From Candidatus Latescibacterota bacterium (lineage in GTDB: Bacteria > Latescibacterota > UBA2968 > GCA-2709665), in the NCBI GenBank assembly GCA_965203805.1, contig OZ241917.1, positions 4,640,001 through 4,704,000 of the forward strand: DNA of 64,000 nt, read 5' to 3'. Position 1 is the first letter of the stretch; the number at the start of each line of letters is the position of its first letter. Under the pieces are notes generated by a model. That model searched no databases and was not told the origin of the DNA. It saw nothing but the letters and a program-made list of their open reading frames with translations. Positions 28,432 to 38,089 of the stretch are shown here, piece by piece. The position numbers were made by a program, and so were the translations under genes.

Positions 28432-29262
28432 ATGGACCCCAAGCTCCACATCCTGCTCCGGATCCTCCTCGGCGGCCTTGCGCTCTACGTCCTCTACGCC
28501 GCCGTCCTTTTCTTCGCGCAGCGCCGTTTCATCTTTCCGCGACACCTGGTCCGGACGCCGCCTACCGACCTGACGGTTGCGCCGGGAATCGAGCGCATCT
28601 GGTTGAACACACGCGCCGGCCGAACGGAAGCCTGGCTGCTCCCGCCCGAAACCGACGCGGGTCCCGCTCCGGCGATCATCGTCGCCCACGGCAATGCCGA
28701 GCTCATCGACCACTGGGTCGACGAAGCGACGGCTCTCAGACGTCTGGGAATCGCCGTCCTTCTCGTGGAATACCCCGGATACGGACGGTCTGAAGGTTCT
28801 CCTTCCCAGGCCAGCGTCACCGAGGCCTTTGTGGCCGCATACGATATGCTGGCGGCCCGGGACGACGTCGACGCGGACCGGATCGTATTCCTGGGCCGCT
28901 CGCTCGGCGGGGGCGTGGTGTGCGCGCTCGCGGCCGAACGCCCGCCCGCCGCGCTGGCGCTGATTTCCACCTTCAAGAGCGTCAACGCCATGGCCGCGGA
29001 GAAATTCTTCGTTCCCCCATTCTTCGCTCGGGACCCGTTCGACAATCTGAAGACGTTGAGGAGCTATCCCGGACCCGTACTCATCGCGCACGGGACACGG
29101 GATTCGCTGATTCCGTACAGCCACGCCATCGCGCTGCACGATGCGTCCGGGCGCAGCCGTCTCATCACGTACGAAGCCGGGCACAACAACTGCCCGCCCG
29201 ACTGGCCGGCCTTCTGGCGGGAGGTGGACCGCTTCCTTCGGGAAGAGGGAATTCTCCGGTAG
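28432..29262 (+). CDS. Membrane-anchored alpha/beta hydrolase
   Basis: N-terminal TM segment and motifs HGNAE, EYPGYG.S.G, GRSLGG, HG..D and GHN. Confidence 0.9.
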   Translation: MDPKLHILLRILLGGLALYVLYAAVLFFAQRRFIFPRHLVRTPPTDLTVAPGIERIWLNTRAGRTEAWLLPPETDAGPAPAIIVAHGNAELIDHWVDEATALRRLGIAVLLVEYPGYGRSEGSPSQASVTEAFVAAYDMLAARDDVDADRIVFLGRSLGGGVVCALAAERPPAALALISTFKSVNAMAAEKFFVPPFFARDPFDNLKTLRSYPGPVLIAHGTRDSLIPYSHAIALHDASGRSRLITYEAGHNNCPPDWPAFWREVDRFLREEGILR

Positions 29263-29292
29263 GCGCCGCGCATGGGAACGGAGTAAGCCAGC

Positions 29293-30069
29293 ATGCAGGC
29301 CATCGACTTCCACAACTCCTACGTCAGCTGGCGAACGGACTGGGAGGTCCTTCCGTCCAGAACCGCCTCGCACAGACCACCCTGGACGCTGAACGACGTC
29401 CGGGTCCCGATCGACAGCTGGTGCAGGCTGACGGAAAAAGCGTCGGGCGAATCGCGTGAATTCGTCCTGGGCGCCAACTGCAAGACCGAACGCGTGGGGG
29501 TGCCAAAGGATATCTGGACGAGCCCCAACGCGGATTTCGTGCCGGTCTTCACCAACGATCGGTTTCTGATTCTCAAGACCTACGACCGGGTGGGACGGCG
29601 GGTCAGCGCGTACCCGGCCTCGCTCGGGGATCAACCGGAACGACAGACGGGCCTGTCCGCGGAGACGTTCGTGGACGTACGCATCGATATCGCAAGGAAC
29701 GAGGGACAGGTGCTGGGCAACGCCGACGACGTCATCCGGGCCGTATCCGACAACGGCCAACTGCTCGCCCGCACCGAATACGCGGACGAGCAGTATGCAG
29801 CTACCATTGACTATCCCATCCGGACGATCAACACGAACGAGCGGGACGGTTTCTTCCAGACGGATACCGGCCCACTTCTGTTCCCTGATCTGAGCAGGGG
29901 CCCCGACGAACTGATCGAAGGTATGGAACTCGCGTTCGCGGCCTTCAACTCACCGGACTGGATCGAGTTTCTCGTCCGGGTTCCGACGCCGCTGACCGAC
30001 GACGTCAGCGTTTATCACTACGCCAGGTCCGTCAGGCTGGACTGCACGAACTCGGTGATACGGATCTGA
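29293..30069 (+). CDS. Hypothetical protein
   Basis: 258 aa ORF with a GGAG RBS and host-like codon usage. No recognised motif. Confidence 0.7.
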   Translation: MQAIDFHNSYVSWRTDWEVLPSRTASHRPPWTLNDVRVPIDSWCRLTEKASGESREFVLGANCKTERVGVPKDIWTSPNADFVPVFTNDRFLILKTYDRVGRRVSAYPASLGDQPERQTGLSAETFVDVRIDIARNEGQVLGNADDVIRAVSDNGQLLARTEYADEQYAATIDYPIRTINTNERDGFFQTDTGPLLFPDLSRGPDELIEGMELAFAAFNSPDWIEFLVRVPTPLTDDVSVYHYARSVRLDCTNSVIRI

Positions 30070-30349
30070 TCGCGCGAAAGACGTTTTCTGGAACAACGCG
30101 GCGTCGCTTTTCAATGTGACCGACGATTGAACCGCCGACGTCTAGGTCGCCACACGAGTCGACTCAGAAACTGTGACACGGTGGGGTGGTTGGGAGAGGA
30201 AACGGGTGGGGCCATTATAGGAAAAATAGATAATCTATGCTGAGATCCACCACTATTATGCAGATTTAGAATAAAATTAAGTCTGCTATGGACATATCCG
30301 GCTTTAAAGACCCGCTCTCCTGTGCAGGATACTACCGGATTGCATTGAG

Positions 30350-30378
30350 TTGACATGATCGATGTACTTGGCTATACT
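30350..30378 (+). promoter_or_regulatory. Near-consensus sigma70 promoter
   Basis: TTGACA (30350-30355), 17 bp spacer, TATACT (30373-30378). Confidence 0.7.
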
Positions 30379-30711
30379 TCTCACAGCGTTTTTCGCACCA
30401 CCAACTGTGTCGAATCTCTCAAAGACTTTATAGAACGACGGATCTGTAATCTGAAACTATGGAATAACTTCAATCAGCAATATCATTAGTCGGCAACAAC
30501 ACGTGGAAACTTGAGCCCCTATTTCGGAGGACTAAAGTCTTCCGTTGCGCTTTTTGCAGATCCACTGGCGTACGCAGGCTTCTCGACTTCAATCAGGACA
30601 TCCAACGCGCCTTTGACGCTGACCGAACGCGTCTGCTGTTTCAAGCTCAGATGGAACCTGTCCGGAGGATTTCAACGTGCCAGTTATTGCCAATCCAGTG
30701 AGTTGAGGTAA

Positions 30712-31575
30712 GTGGTAATGAACTCGGGAGACGGCCCTGTCTGTGTTTCGGTAATCAATATGAAGGGTGGCGTCGGCAAAACGACGATTGCGGCGATGCT
30801 GTGCTACTATGCGCCATCCAATCTTGACGTCCTCGCTATCGACCTCGATCCACAGGCCAACCTTTCTCAAGCACTCATGGGAGATACGCGATATAGGCAG
30901 TTTTTGGACACCCAAGCCCCGTCGATCGTCGAAATATTCCGAGGGTACCAACCTCCAAGCCAAGACACGGGATCGCCAGGATTGTTGGACTCTGAAGGCG
31001 TTGTCGTAGACACGTCTCGATTAGGGGGTCCAAATGTACGAGTCATTCCTTCCAGATTTGATTTTTCCGACAATCTGATAAACTCGCTGAAGCCTGATGA
31101 AACTGTTCTCGCGCGGTGTATCGCAGAGCATTTTCAGGACAAAGACATCATCATTATAGACTGTGCACCTACCGAGTCGATATTCACGAGAGCCGCATAC
31201 CATGCATCTCGCCACGTTCTCGTTCCTGTCAAGCCCGAGTATTTCGCGACAATTGGGTTTCCTTTGCTGAACGACTCCCTCAGATCCTTCAGAGACAAAA
31301 ACCGTGGACATCAGATAGATGTGATAGGTGTTGTCATCAACAACTCATCCTATCATTACAGTGGAAACCAAGGTGGTCCTGAAAGGCGGGTCGCCTTAGA
31401 AGAAATACACGAAGAGGCTGAACAAAGTGGCTGGCACGTATTCGAGAACGAGATTCCCCTTTCCCGTGGCTTTCCAAAAATGATGCGAGGGAATTTTTCT
31501 CGCCTTGGAGACGCCGGTCAATTCCGTTTTTTTGCGGAGGAGTTCTTTCAGGCGTTAGGGTTTGACCAGGATTGA
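30712..31575 (+). CDS. ParA/Soj family ATPase (no ParB adjacent)
   Basis: Deviant Walker A NMKGGVGKTT, plus DLDPQANLS and IIDCAP. Confidence 0.88.
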   Translation: MVMNSGDGPVCVSVINMKGGVGKTTIAAMLCYYAPSNLDVLAIDLDPQANLSQALMGDTRYRQFLDTQAPSIVEIFRGYQPPSQDTGSPGLLDSEGVVVDTSRLGGPNVRVIPSRFDFSDNLINSLKPDETVLARCIAEHFQDKDIIIIDCAPTESIFTRAAYHASRHVLVPVKPEYFATIGFPLLNDSLRSFRDKNRGHQIDVIGVVINNSSYHYSGNQGGPERRVALEEIHEEAEQSGWHVFENEIPLSRGFPKMMRGNFSRLGDAGQFRFFAEEFFQALGFDQD

Positions 31576-31589
31576 GGAGGTCGGTTTCT

Positions 31590-32099
31590 ATGACCAAAGC
31601 TAATCTTAAGGAGGCGCTGCGCGGGTTGGTTCATCAGTTTGGATTCGAACAGGTTGGCAGGTCATTGCGGGAAATTCGCTACTCTGAACTAGATGACAAC
31701 AGTTCGAAACGAGCCGACGTGTTGAGTCGAACTGTTAGCGCGAAAAAGGCTGAAAAAAAGAAGCCAAAGGTAAGCGCACCGGAGTATGTCGAGAAGATGA
31801 AACTTGGCGCGGACAAGGAGCCAATAGTACTTGAACTTGCTACAAGATTTGAAGGCAAGGACTTCTTGCCAACATTTGGAGATATTGATAATTTCTGCCG
31901 GTTCTATGGGATTGATACGCCCGTGTCCAGGTCCAGAGCGAGTGCCATTCCGAGAGTCTTCAAATACATAGCAACAATGGAAATTCAAGATACCCGAAGA
32001 ATACTGGATCAAGGGATGTTTTCGGGACCATCCCGACTTAGCCCTATCTCGGACGCGATCAGGAACTACGGAAGTGCCCGTCGAGCTTCTCGGGTTTGA
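31590..32099 (+). CDS. Hypothetical protein, probably co-transcribed with the ParA-like gene
   Basis: Strong GAGGAGG RBS before ATG 31590, 14 nt after the ParA stop. Confidence 0.75.
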   Translation: MTKANLKEALRGLVHQFGFEQVGRSLREIRYSELDDNSSKRADVLSRTVSAKKAEKKKPKVSAPEYVEKMKLGADKEPIVLELATRFEGKDFLPTFGDIDNFCRFYGIDTPVSRSRASAIPRVFKYIATMEIQDTRRILDQGMFSGPSRLSPISDAIRNYGSARRASRV

Positions 32100-32470
32100 T
32101 AGTGCGCGAAGGTATTATCGTCTTGCCCACTTCAAAGTGCGACATCGATTTAGCAGTCATGGATGTGCCCGTGGCGGTAGCATTGTCGTCCCTTATTGAT
32201 CGACCGGCGCGGAAAACATCGAAGCCTATGGCGCACTGCTTCAGGAAGTAAGCTGGACCCTATTGACTTTCCATCGGGAGAATCAGCCCAGCACGGGAAG
32301 GTCGTTTTCCGTCGACGAGGCGATTGCCGACTTGTGTAGATTAGTGTGTCTGGGTCGCCTCTGCCGGCGGTACGAGGAATGCTCGGAGTGGTCGTCGCAG
32401 GATCGATATTCGGAGCCATCCTGTAATCGAACTTCATATTGGCGTCCAAGAACAGAGAATGCGACAAAAA

Positions 32471-32504
32471 CAAAGAAGCCGAGGTGAAAACCTCGGCTTC
32501 TTTG
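32471..32504. terminator. Perfect hairpin terminator
   Basis: CAAAGAAGCCGAGG-TGAAAA-CCTCGGCTTCTTTG, with a U-rich tail on the minus strand. Confidence 0.8.
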
Positions 32505-32507
32505 ACA

Positions 32508-32654
32508 TCAATTGTCTCGTGGTTCGGGCGGTGGTTGTGGCCTGGATGGCGGCTGTGGAGTTGTTTCAGGTCTTGGAGGGGGCGCCGGTCTTGGGTTATC
32601 GGGATTACGCGGTGGCCTTATCGCTCTTTCTTCTCCGCCCCTTTTCCCCATCAT
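32508..32654 (-). CDS. Proline-rich micropeptide (48 aa), absent from the ORF track
   Basis: GGAGG RBS and an ATGA overlap with the upstream stop. Sequence MMGKRGGEERAIRPPRNPDNPRPAPPPRPETTPQPPSRPQPPPEPRDN*. Ends just before the terminator. Confidence 0.6.
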   Translation of the reverse strand: MMGKRGGEERAIRPPRNPDNPRPAPPPRPETTPQPPSRPQPPPEPRDN

Positions 32655-33166
32655 GCCTCCCGGATTGAATATTGGTCTACCAGCGAATCGTCCGCTTCTC
32701 GTTGGCTTTTCCTGTTCAATTTATCGTTCACTGATATATCTGCCCAACCTGGAATGCTCGTCGCCCTCTCACCGGCTTCAATAAGGTCCATCAGTACATC
32801 GTAGGCCTCTTCATTATCGATGGCGTTGTTTTCAATCTTCGACCACAACGCTTTGTGTTTGTCCTGCAAATCGAAACACATCACGCTGACCGCGTGGAGA
32901 CTGGCGGATTTTCTTGCATGATTCCCAAGTAAGCCGAATACACTGACGGCAATTATGCCCAAATCTACCACCACTTCAGCCAGCCTGCCAATATAGTCCG
33001 AAAACATAAAACGGCCGGCTCCGGCTATCGCACACAGCGCAAGTCCTATCATGATGGCATTGTGTCGCCTGCGATAAAGGCGGGAAAGCTTATCGTAGTA
33101 TCTGGCCGCCCTTTCGACATCCAGATACTCGTTCCATGCCATCCTTCGTGTCGCGTCACTGACCAT
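32651..33166 (-). CDS. Two-TM protein, SLATT-like architecture
   Basis: Charged N-terminal helix (RYYDKLSRLYRRRH), two hydrophobic segments and a helical C-terminal region. GGAG RBS. Confidence 0.6.
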   Translation of the reverse strand: MVSDATRRMAWNEYLDVERAARYYDKLSRLYRRRHNAIMIGLALCAIAGAGRFMFSDYIGRLAEVVVDLGIIAVSVFGLLGNHARKSASLHAVSVMCFDLQDKHKALWSKIENNAIDNEEAYDVLMDLIEAGERATSIPGWADISVNDKLNRKSQREADDSLVDQYSIREA

Positions 33167-33423
33167 CGAAGCTCTCCGTTTTCAACGACATCCCGTCACT
33201 ACAGTGAAACACGGGCCTCATCCTCTCAACCAAAGGTACCGGATCGACGGCGGCGAGTCAAGCCATTATCCTTAGATACCGGCTCGGTACTGGAAGCTGT
33301 TCAACCCGGTAGGCAGATTAGCCGGCTGACTCAGATTTAACTCCGAGGGAAAGTCGCCCCAGTCTACATTTGCGCCGAGTACGCGCTATCGTTCCCCAAG
33401 TCTGAAACGCACCGACCCGCGAT

Positions 33424-34005
33424 TCATACTCCGCCCGGCTGCGCGTTCAGTAGCCGGATTCGCTTTACCATTTCTTCGATGCCGGGCGAATATCCGTCCT
33501 CGGTCGAAACATGGATCGCGGGCACGTCGAAATCGGGCGGCGTATAATCCCCCGAAGGCGCGATTTCGCCGGTCCTCCTGTAGATTTCGACGCGTCTGTC
33601 GCCATGGTAGAACTCCCGGTCCGGATCGTCCAGGCCTCGCTGCAAGTGGCGCCTGGCCGCCACCATCCCGTCGATGGCGCAGACGACAAAGACCGGCGTA
33701 CACAATTCGAGGATCCGGGGGACTCTCGGCTCCCAGATCCTGTGCTGAAACGCCGCCTCGATGATGACGGAGACCTTCGCGACGAGGTACCGGTTCACGA
33801 TATCGAAGAAGAGATCGGTGACCAACCGGTTGACGTCCGGCGGCAGCCGGTCGTGTTTCACGCCATAGGTGTTGACGTAGCCTTCCTTGATCCCGTCGCG
33901 GCTGACGACCGGCATCCGGAGTCGGTCGGCAAGTTTCCCGGATAACGTGGTTTTTCCCGACCCCGGCCGGCCCGTAACGATAATGCAGATGGGTTTGCGG
34001 CTCAT
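33424..34005 (-). CDS. P-loop kinase (AAA_33-like)
   Basis: Motifs GRPGSGKTT, VSRD.IKE and SVIIEA. Confidence 0.85.
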   Translation of the reverse strand: MSRKPICIIVTGRPGSGKTTLSGKLADRLRMPVVSRDGIKEGYVNTYGVKHDRLPPDVNRLVTDLFFDIVNRYLVAKVSVIIEAAFQHRIWEPRVPRILELCTPVFVVCAIDGMVAARRHLQRGLDDPDREFYHGDRRVEIYRRTGEIAPSGDYTPPDFDVPAIHVSTEDGYSPGIEEMVKRIRLLNAQPGGV

Positions 34006-34041
34006 ATATCCGTTGCTCGAAATGGGTGGGGAAAGCAGTGA

Positions 34042-35724
34042 TCAGTCCACCGGCAGTTCCACGCTCCTCCCGCTCTCCAGGTCCATTGTCACCGCGCGGA
34101 ATTGAAAGCCGTATCGTTCCACTCTCTCCCCCCGGGTGTCATCACCCGTATCCGGCGCCAGCACCGTCGCGCCCTTCAGGTCCGCGTCCGCACGTACTTC
34201 GTACGCGCCGTTTTCCCGAAGTCCGAACCGCACCGTACGCCGCGCGCGTTCCCACGCGTCGATCCGCTCCGCCGTCCACCACGGCATGCCCTTGTCCCTG
34301 GTATAGCCGACGATTTCCCTGAGCCCGCCGCGAACGGCCGGTTCCCAGACGTGCGCGGGGTGAAAGAGGAAATGGGCGATGCCGTGGTGCCGAAACGCCC
34401 GGTCGGCGAAACAATGCGCCAGGCGGGTGGAACACCGCTTGTGAATGTCCTGCACGGTCAGGTTCACCTCCAGCACGTCGATCGGCGGGCCGCCCGGTGA
34501 CTCGTCTTCAATCGGAAACCAGGGGTGGCATCCCCCGAAGGGAAACCCGTTGGTATAGGGCGTGTTCGGCCCCCGGCTCTGCTCCAGGGTGATGCCCGCG
34601 CGTTCGCACCAGCGGAAGAACTCCAGCCGGCCCTGCCAGCGGAGCGTGTGGTTCTTGTTGGTCGTGACCGGCCGCCCCGACGTTTCGGTGACCGTTTTCA
34701 GTTGTCCCGCCAGCTCTTCGTAACCCCACTTCAGGTGGGCGGTCTCCGGCTTCTGATCGTCCGACGCCGTCTGCCAGGTCTGCGCGTCGTAGTGCAGGGC
34801 CACCTCGGAACCGCAGTCGTGGATCGCGCGGTAGAATTCCGGCTGATAGTGCCCGGCCATGATGCACCACGTCGTCCGAATGTCAACCTCCCGGGTAAGC
34901 CGCAATAGCGACCAGCCCAGCGCTTCGTCACCGCCGTCGGAGTCGTGGGACATGTGCGCGATCGCGGGCAGGTTGTCCGGCCAGTACCACAGGACGGGCA
35001 GGGATACGCCGATCTCCCGGCAGGCGTAGAGGATGGCCTTGATGATGAGTTCCCGGAACTCGTCCGCGATCGGCTCGAGGAAGACGAGGTTTTCCTCCTC
35101 TCCCGGTACCGGCGACCGGTCGCGGTCCAGATCCAGCGCGAGCCCCTGGATCACGTCGATCCGCGTGGGACCGATCGCGGGGGGTATCGCGTGCCCCTGC
35201 TGGATATGCACAACCGTGCGGACGACGTCGGGACCCACGGCGATCGCGATGCCATTGCCGGGCCGATGCTCCACCACCCCGTCGCTGGCGCCAATCACCC
35301 TCGCCAGCGCCGTCCCATCCACGGCTTTGATCCGGCGCCCGCCGAAACAGTGAAGGCTGCTGGCGAACCCCGCCGTTACCGGATGGTCCTTCTGCGCGAT
35401 CTGCACGTATCCGTCCGCCATGTCTCCCCGGTCCGCCGCGCCGAACACGCTGTCCAGCCCCGACATGCCTCCCAGCCCGATCAGCGCGCCGCCGGATTCC
35501 ACGAAGTTCGCGAGCAGCGTCCGCTCCGCGGCCGACAGCGGCATATGCCAGGGAAGCAGTACCACGCGATATCCATCCACAGCGGACAGGGGACGTTCGA
35601 TCTCGTCATAGGGTATGCCCGCGTGTGCGAGAATCTCCCGGATGTAATACCCGCCGTAGTAATGCGAAGCGTCCGGCGCCGTCTGTCCATCCGGATCGGT
35701 CACCACGCACAACGGAAGGTTCAT
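34042..35724 (-). CDS. Hypothetical protein with a GATase-like N-terminal region and a polysaccharide-deacetylase-like C-terminal region
   Basis: VVLLP...L.NFVESGG.LI in the N-terminal part; SHDSD, EVALHY and FLFHP in the C-terminal part. Confidence 0.65.
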   Translation of the reverse strand: MNLPLCVVTDPDGQTAPDASHYYGGYYIREILAHAGIPYDEIERPLSAVDGYRVVLLPWHMPLSAAERTLLANFVESGGALIGLGGMSGLDSVFGAADRGDMADGYVQIAQKDHPVTAGFASSLHCFGGRRIKAVDGTALARVIGASDGVVEHRPGNGIAIAVGPDVVRTVVHIQQGHAIPPAIGPTRIDVIQGLALDLDRDRSPVPGEEENLVFLEPIADEFRELIIKAILYACREIGVSLPVLWYWPDNLPAIAHMSHDSDGGDEALGWSLLRLTREVDIRTTWCIMAGHYQPEFYRAIHDCGSEVALHYDAQTWQTASDDQKPETAHLKWGYEELAGQLKTVTETSGRPVTTNKNHTLRWQGRLEFFRWCERAGITLEQSRGPNTPYTNGFPFGGCHPWFPIEDESPGGPPIDVLEVNLTVQDIHKRCSTRLAHCFADRAFRHHGIAHFLFHPAHVWEPAVRGGLREIVGYTRDKGMPWWTAERIDAWERARRTVRFGLRENGAYEVRADADLKGATVLAPDTGDDTRGERVERYGFQFRAVTMDLESGRSVELPVD

Positions 35725-35829
35725 CGATGATTTCCTGTTTAGTGAATGGGCCGCCGGAATGGTGATTCACGGCGACCCACTGTGCAGGCGGAGGTCTTCA
35801 GGAATGGAATTCGTAAGCGTAAACTCCGT

Positions 35830-36843
35830 CTATTGCTCCGCCATATCCTTCAACCTGTTCAACTGCCCGTCGCTGCCCAGCGCGATGAGCACGTCGTCCT
35901 GATGAATCGTGACGCCCGAAAGCCCGGCCGAGGCCGCAGGGTCGCCCCGGGGTTTTCCGTCCGACCCGTGAATGCCCACGACAATCGCTCCCGTCCGCTG
36001 ACCGATATCGGTCTCCTTCAATTGCCTGCCGACCAGCGGCGACCCCCCGTCCACGTGAAATTGCTCGAGCCGCATCGCCGCCTCGCCCTCGCCTACCACG
36101 ACGTCGAGAAAGTCCACGATCGACGGCCGCAAAAGCACCGACGCGATTCTCCGCCCGGCCAATTGATAGGGTGACATCACCCGGTCGGCGCCTGCCGTCG
36201 TCAGCTTGCCGATGGTCCGCTCCTCCGCCGCCCGCGCCACAATCGTCAGTTCGGGATTCGCCTGTCGCGCGGAGAGCACCACGAACACGTTCAGGGCGTC
36301 CTCCCTCAGCACGGCAATCAAACCCTTTGCATTATGGATGCCGGCTTCGACCAGCACCTCGTCGTCCTCCGCGTTGCCCTCAACGAACAGGACCGTTTCG
36401 TCCCGGCCCAATTCAGAGCGTTCGGGATCCTTATCCACAATCACGAAGGGCATGCCCGCCCGTTTCAGTTCCAGCGCCACTTCTTTGCCGACCACCCCGC
36501 CGCCACAGATGATGTAATGATCTTTCAGGTTTGAGACCAGACGTTTCATTCTGCGCCCTCGCATGGCGTGGACAATCTGACCTTCGAAAACGAAACCGAT
36601 AAACGTTGTCACCGAATACCCGACGGCGATAAAACTGAACATCAGAAACAGGATCGTGAATCGCTGACCCATCGGCGAAAGCGGATGTACTTCGCCATAG
36701 CCGACGGTCGTAATTGTAATCACCGTCATGTACAGACTTTCCCAGAACTTCCATCCCTCAATCCACGCGTAGCCCAGCGTGCCGCCCAGCACCAGTAAAA
36801 CAGGAACCATGAACGCAATCGCAAAACGAACAAGCGGCGGCAT
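35830..36843 (-). CDS. Potassium channel protein with RCK (TrkA-N/TrkA-C) domains
   Basis: Two TM segments, selectivity filter TTVGYG, and HYIICGGGVVG. Confidence 0.92.
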   Translation of the reverse strand: MPPLVRFAIAFMVPVLLVLGGTLGYAWIEGWKFWESLYMTVITITTVGYGEVHPLSPMGQRFTILFLMFSFIAVGYSVTTFIGFVFEGQIVHAMRGRRMKRLVSNLKDHYIICGGGVVGKEVALELKRAGMPFVIVDKDPERSELGRDETVLFVEGNAEDDEVLVEAGIHNAKGLIAVLREDALNVFVVLSARQANPELTIVARAAEERTIGKLTTAGADRVMSPYQLAGRRIASVLLRPSIVDFLDVVVGEGEAAMRLEQFHVDGGSPLVGRQLKETDIGQRTGAIVVGIHGSDGKPRGDPAASAGLSGVTIHQDDVLIALGSDGQLNRLKDMAEQ

Positions 36844-37003
36844 CTCGAAACCCCGGAAAAGAAACCATCAACCGGAAGGCGTTGACGTCGAGCCCGACAG
36901 GGCGTCTCACAACACGACGGACACATCAGGCGGCGTATTCGAAGCGAAACGCTCCATCCGGCAAGAAGGAGGGGACGGGCTCACAGGGCAACCACGGAGT
37001 CTC

Positions 37004-38089
37004 TCACTGCCCGACGTCGGCATTTGCGACGAGGACCGGATCGCTGAGACCGTAGGCGTTGTTCCGGACTCGCGTCCGTCCGTCGGACCGCACCGACAGT
37101 TCGTCCGGCCGCTGGTAGAGCCAGTTGTGGTGGACATCCACGCCTTCTTCAGGAACGCCGCGTACCACGACGGCCGTTTGCGGGCAGCGGAACGTATTGT
37201 GATGCACCTTCATCCACGTCCCGGCGACGTCGGTCCCGTCTTTCCGGTCCCGTCCGCCGTGCATATCAAAGCAATGGCTCAACGACTCGCCGATTTCCAC
37301 GTTGTGCCGCGCTTCATAACCGCTGCCCGATCTGCCCGTGCCCGCCAGCGAGTGCCGGTTGTAGTCGAACCGGTTGTATTCGATGAGCGAGAACGCCTCG
37401 TCGTGGCTCACCCCGTATCCCAGGCCGTTGTACTGGTTGTGATGGATGAAATTGTGGTGGACGTGATGCCCGTCACCGGCGCCGAGATAGACCGCGGAGT
37501 GGCTCCAGCCCGCCACCTCGCAATTATCCACCTCCAGCCCGGGATGTCTGGTCTCGATCCCGTTGGAAATCGGAAATTTGTAATAGTACTCGTGCCCCCT
37601 CCCTTCTCGAAAGGAGCGGTTATGGTGCTCCAGGCACCGCTTGGGGTTGGGGCCCTTTATGCGCAGACCCGTGACCCGCACGTCCGGGCCCATCACCTGG
37701 ATCAGGGGTCTGGTATCGAACGTATCGCTAAGGATCATGCCGCCCTGCGATCCGTCCACGCCCCGGACGCCGGCAAGGGTGACTCCCTCGGGAATCTCGA
37801 GTACGAGGGACTCGATGTACACCCGCTCCGTGCAGTCGATTTCCGCCTCGCCATCCACCCCGATCACTTCGCCGGGCTTCGCCTGCGCCAGGGCGTCCAG
37901 CAGGTCGTCCAGCGTAGACACCGGGTCGGGCAGCGGCGATATCGCGTTCGCATACCCTTCGCCCCCTCCGATAGGCCCCTGTTCATCCGCCCGTGCGCCG
38001 CAGGATTCTCCTGCAATTTCGGTCCAGGTCTGTCCCAACGGTTCCATTTCGCTACCGAACATCGCCAGCCTCCTTTTCCGTGCGGTCAT
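37004..38089 (-). CDS. Right-handed parallel beta-helix repeat protein
   Basis: Repeated HVHHNFIHHN / IEYNRFDYNRH / VHHN motifs. ATGA-coupled to the upstream gene. Confidence 0.75.
   Translation of the reverse strand: MTARKRRLAMFGSEMEPLGQTWTEIAGESCGARADEQGPIGGGEGYANAISPLPDPVSTLDDLLDALAQAKPGEVIGVDGEAEIDCTERVYIESLVLEIPEGVTLAGVRGVDGSQGGMILSDTFDTRPLIQVMGPDVRVTGLRIKGPNPKRCLEHHNRSFREGRGHEYYYKFPISNGIETRHPGLEVDNCEVAGWSHSAVYLGAGDGHHVHHNFIHHNQYNGLGYGVSHDEAFSLIEYNRFDYNRHSLAGTGRSGSGYEARHNVEIGESLSHCFDMHGGRDRKDGTDVAGTWMKVHHNTFRCPQTAVVVRGVPEEGVDVHHNWLYQRPDELSVRSDGRTRVRNNAYGLSDPVLVANADVGQ

Noticed and set aside
32150-32473. 107-aa minus-strand ORF after the terminator
   Set aside because: It starts at the edge of the terminator hairpin and has no RBS or recognisable motif.
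36431-36439. Perfect DnaA box TTATCCACA
   Set aside because: It is a single copy inside the K+ channel CDS, with no cluster or AT-rich unwinding element.
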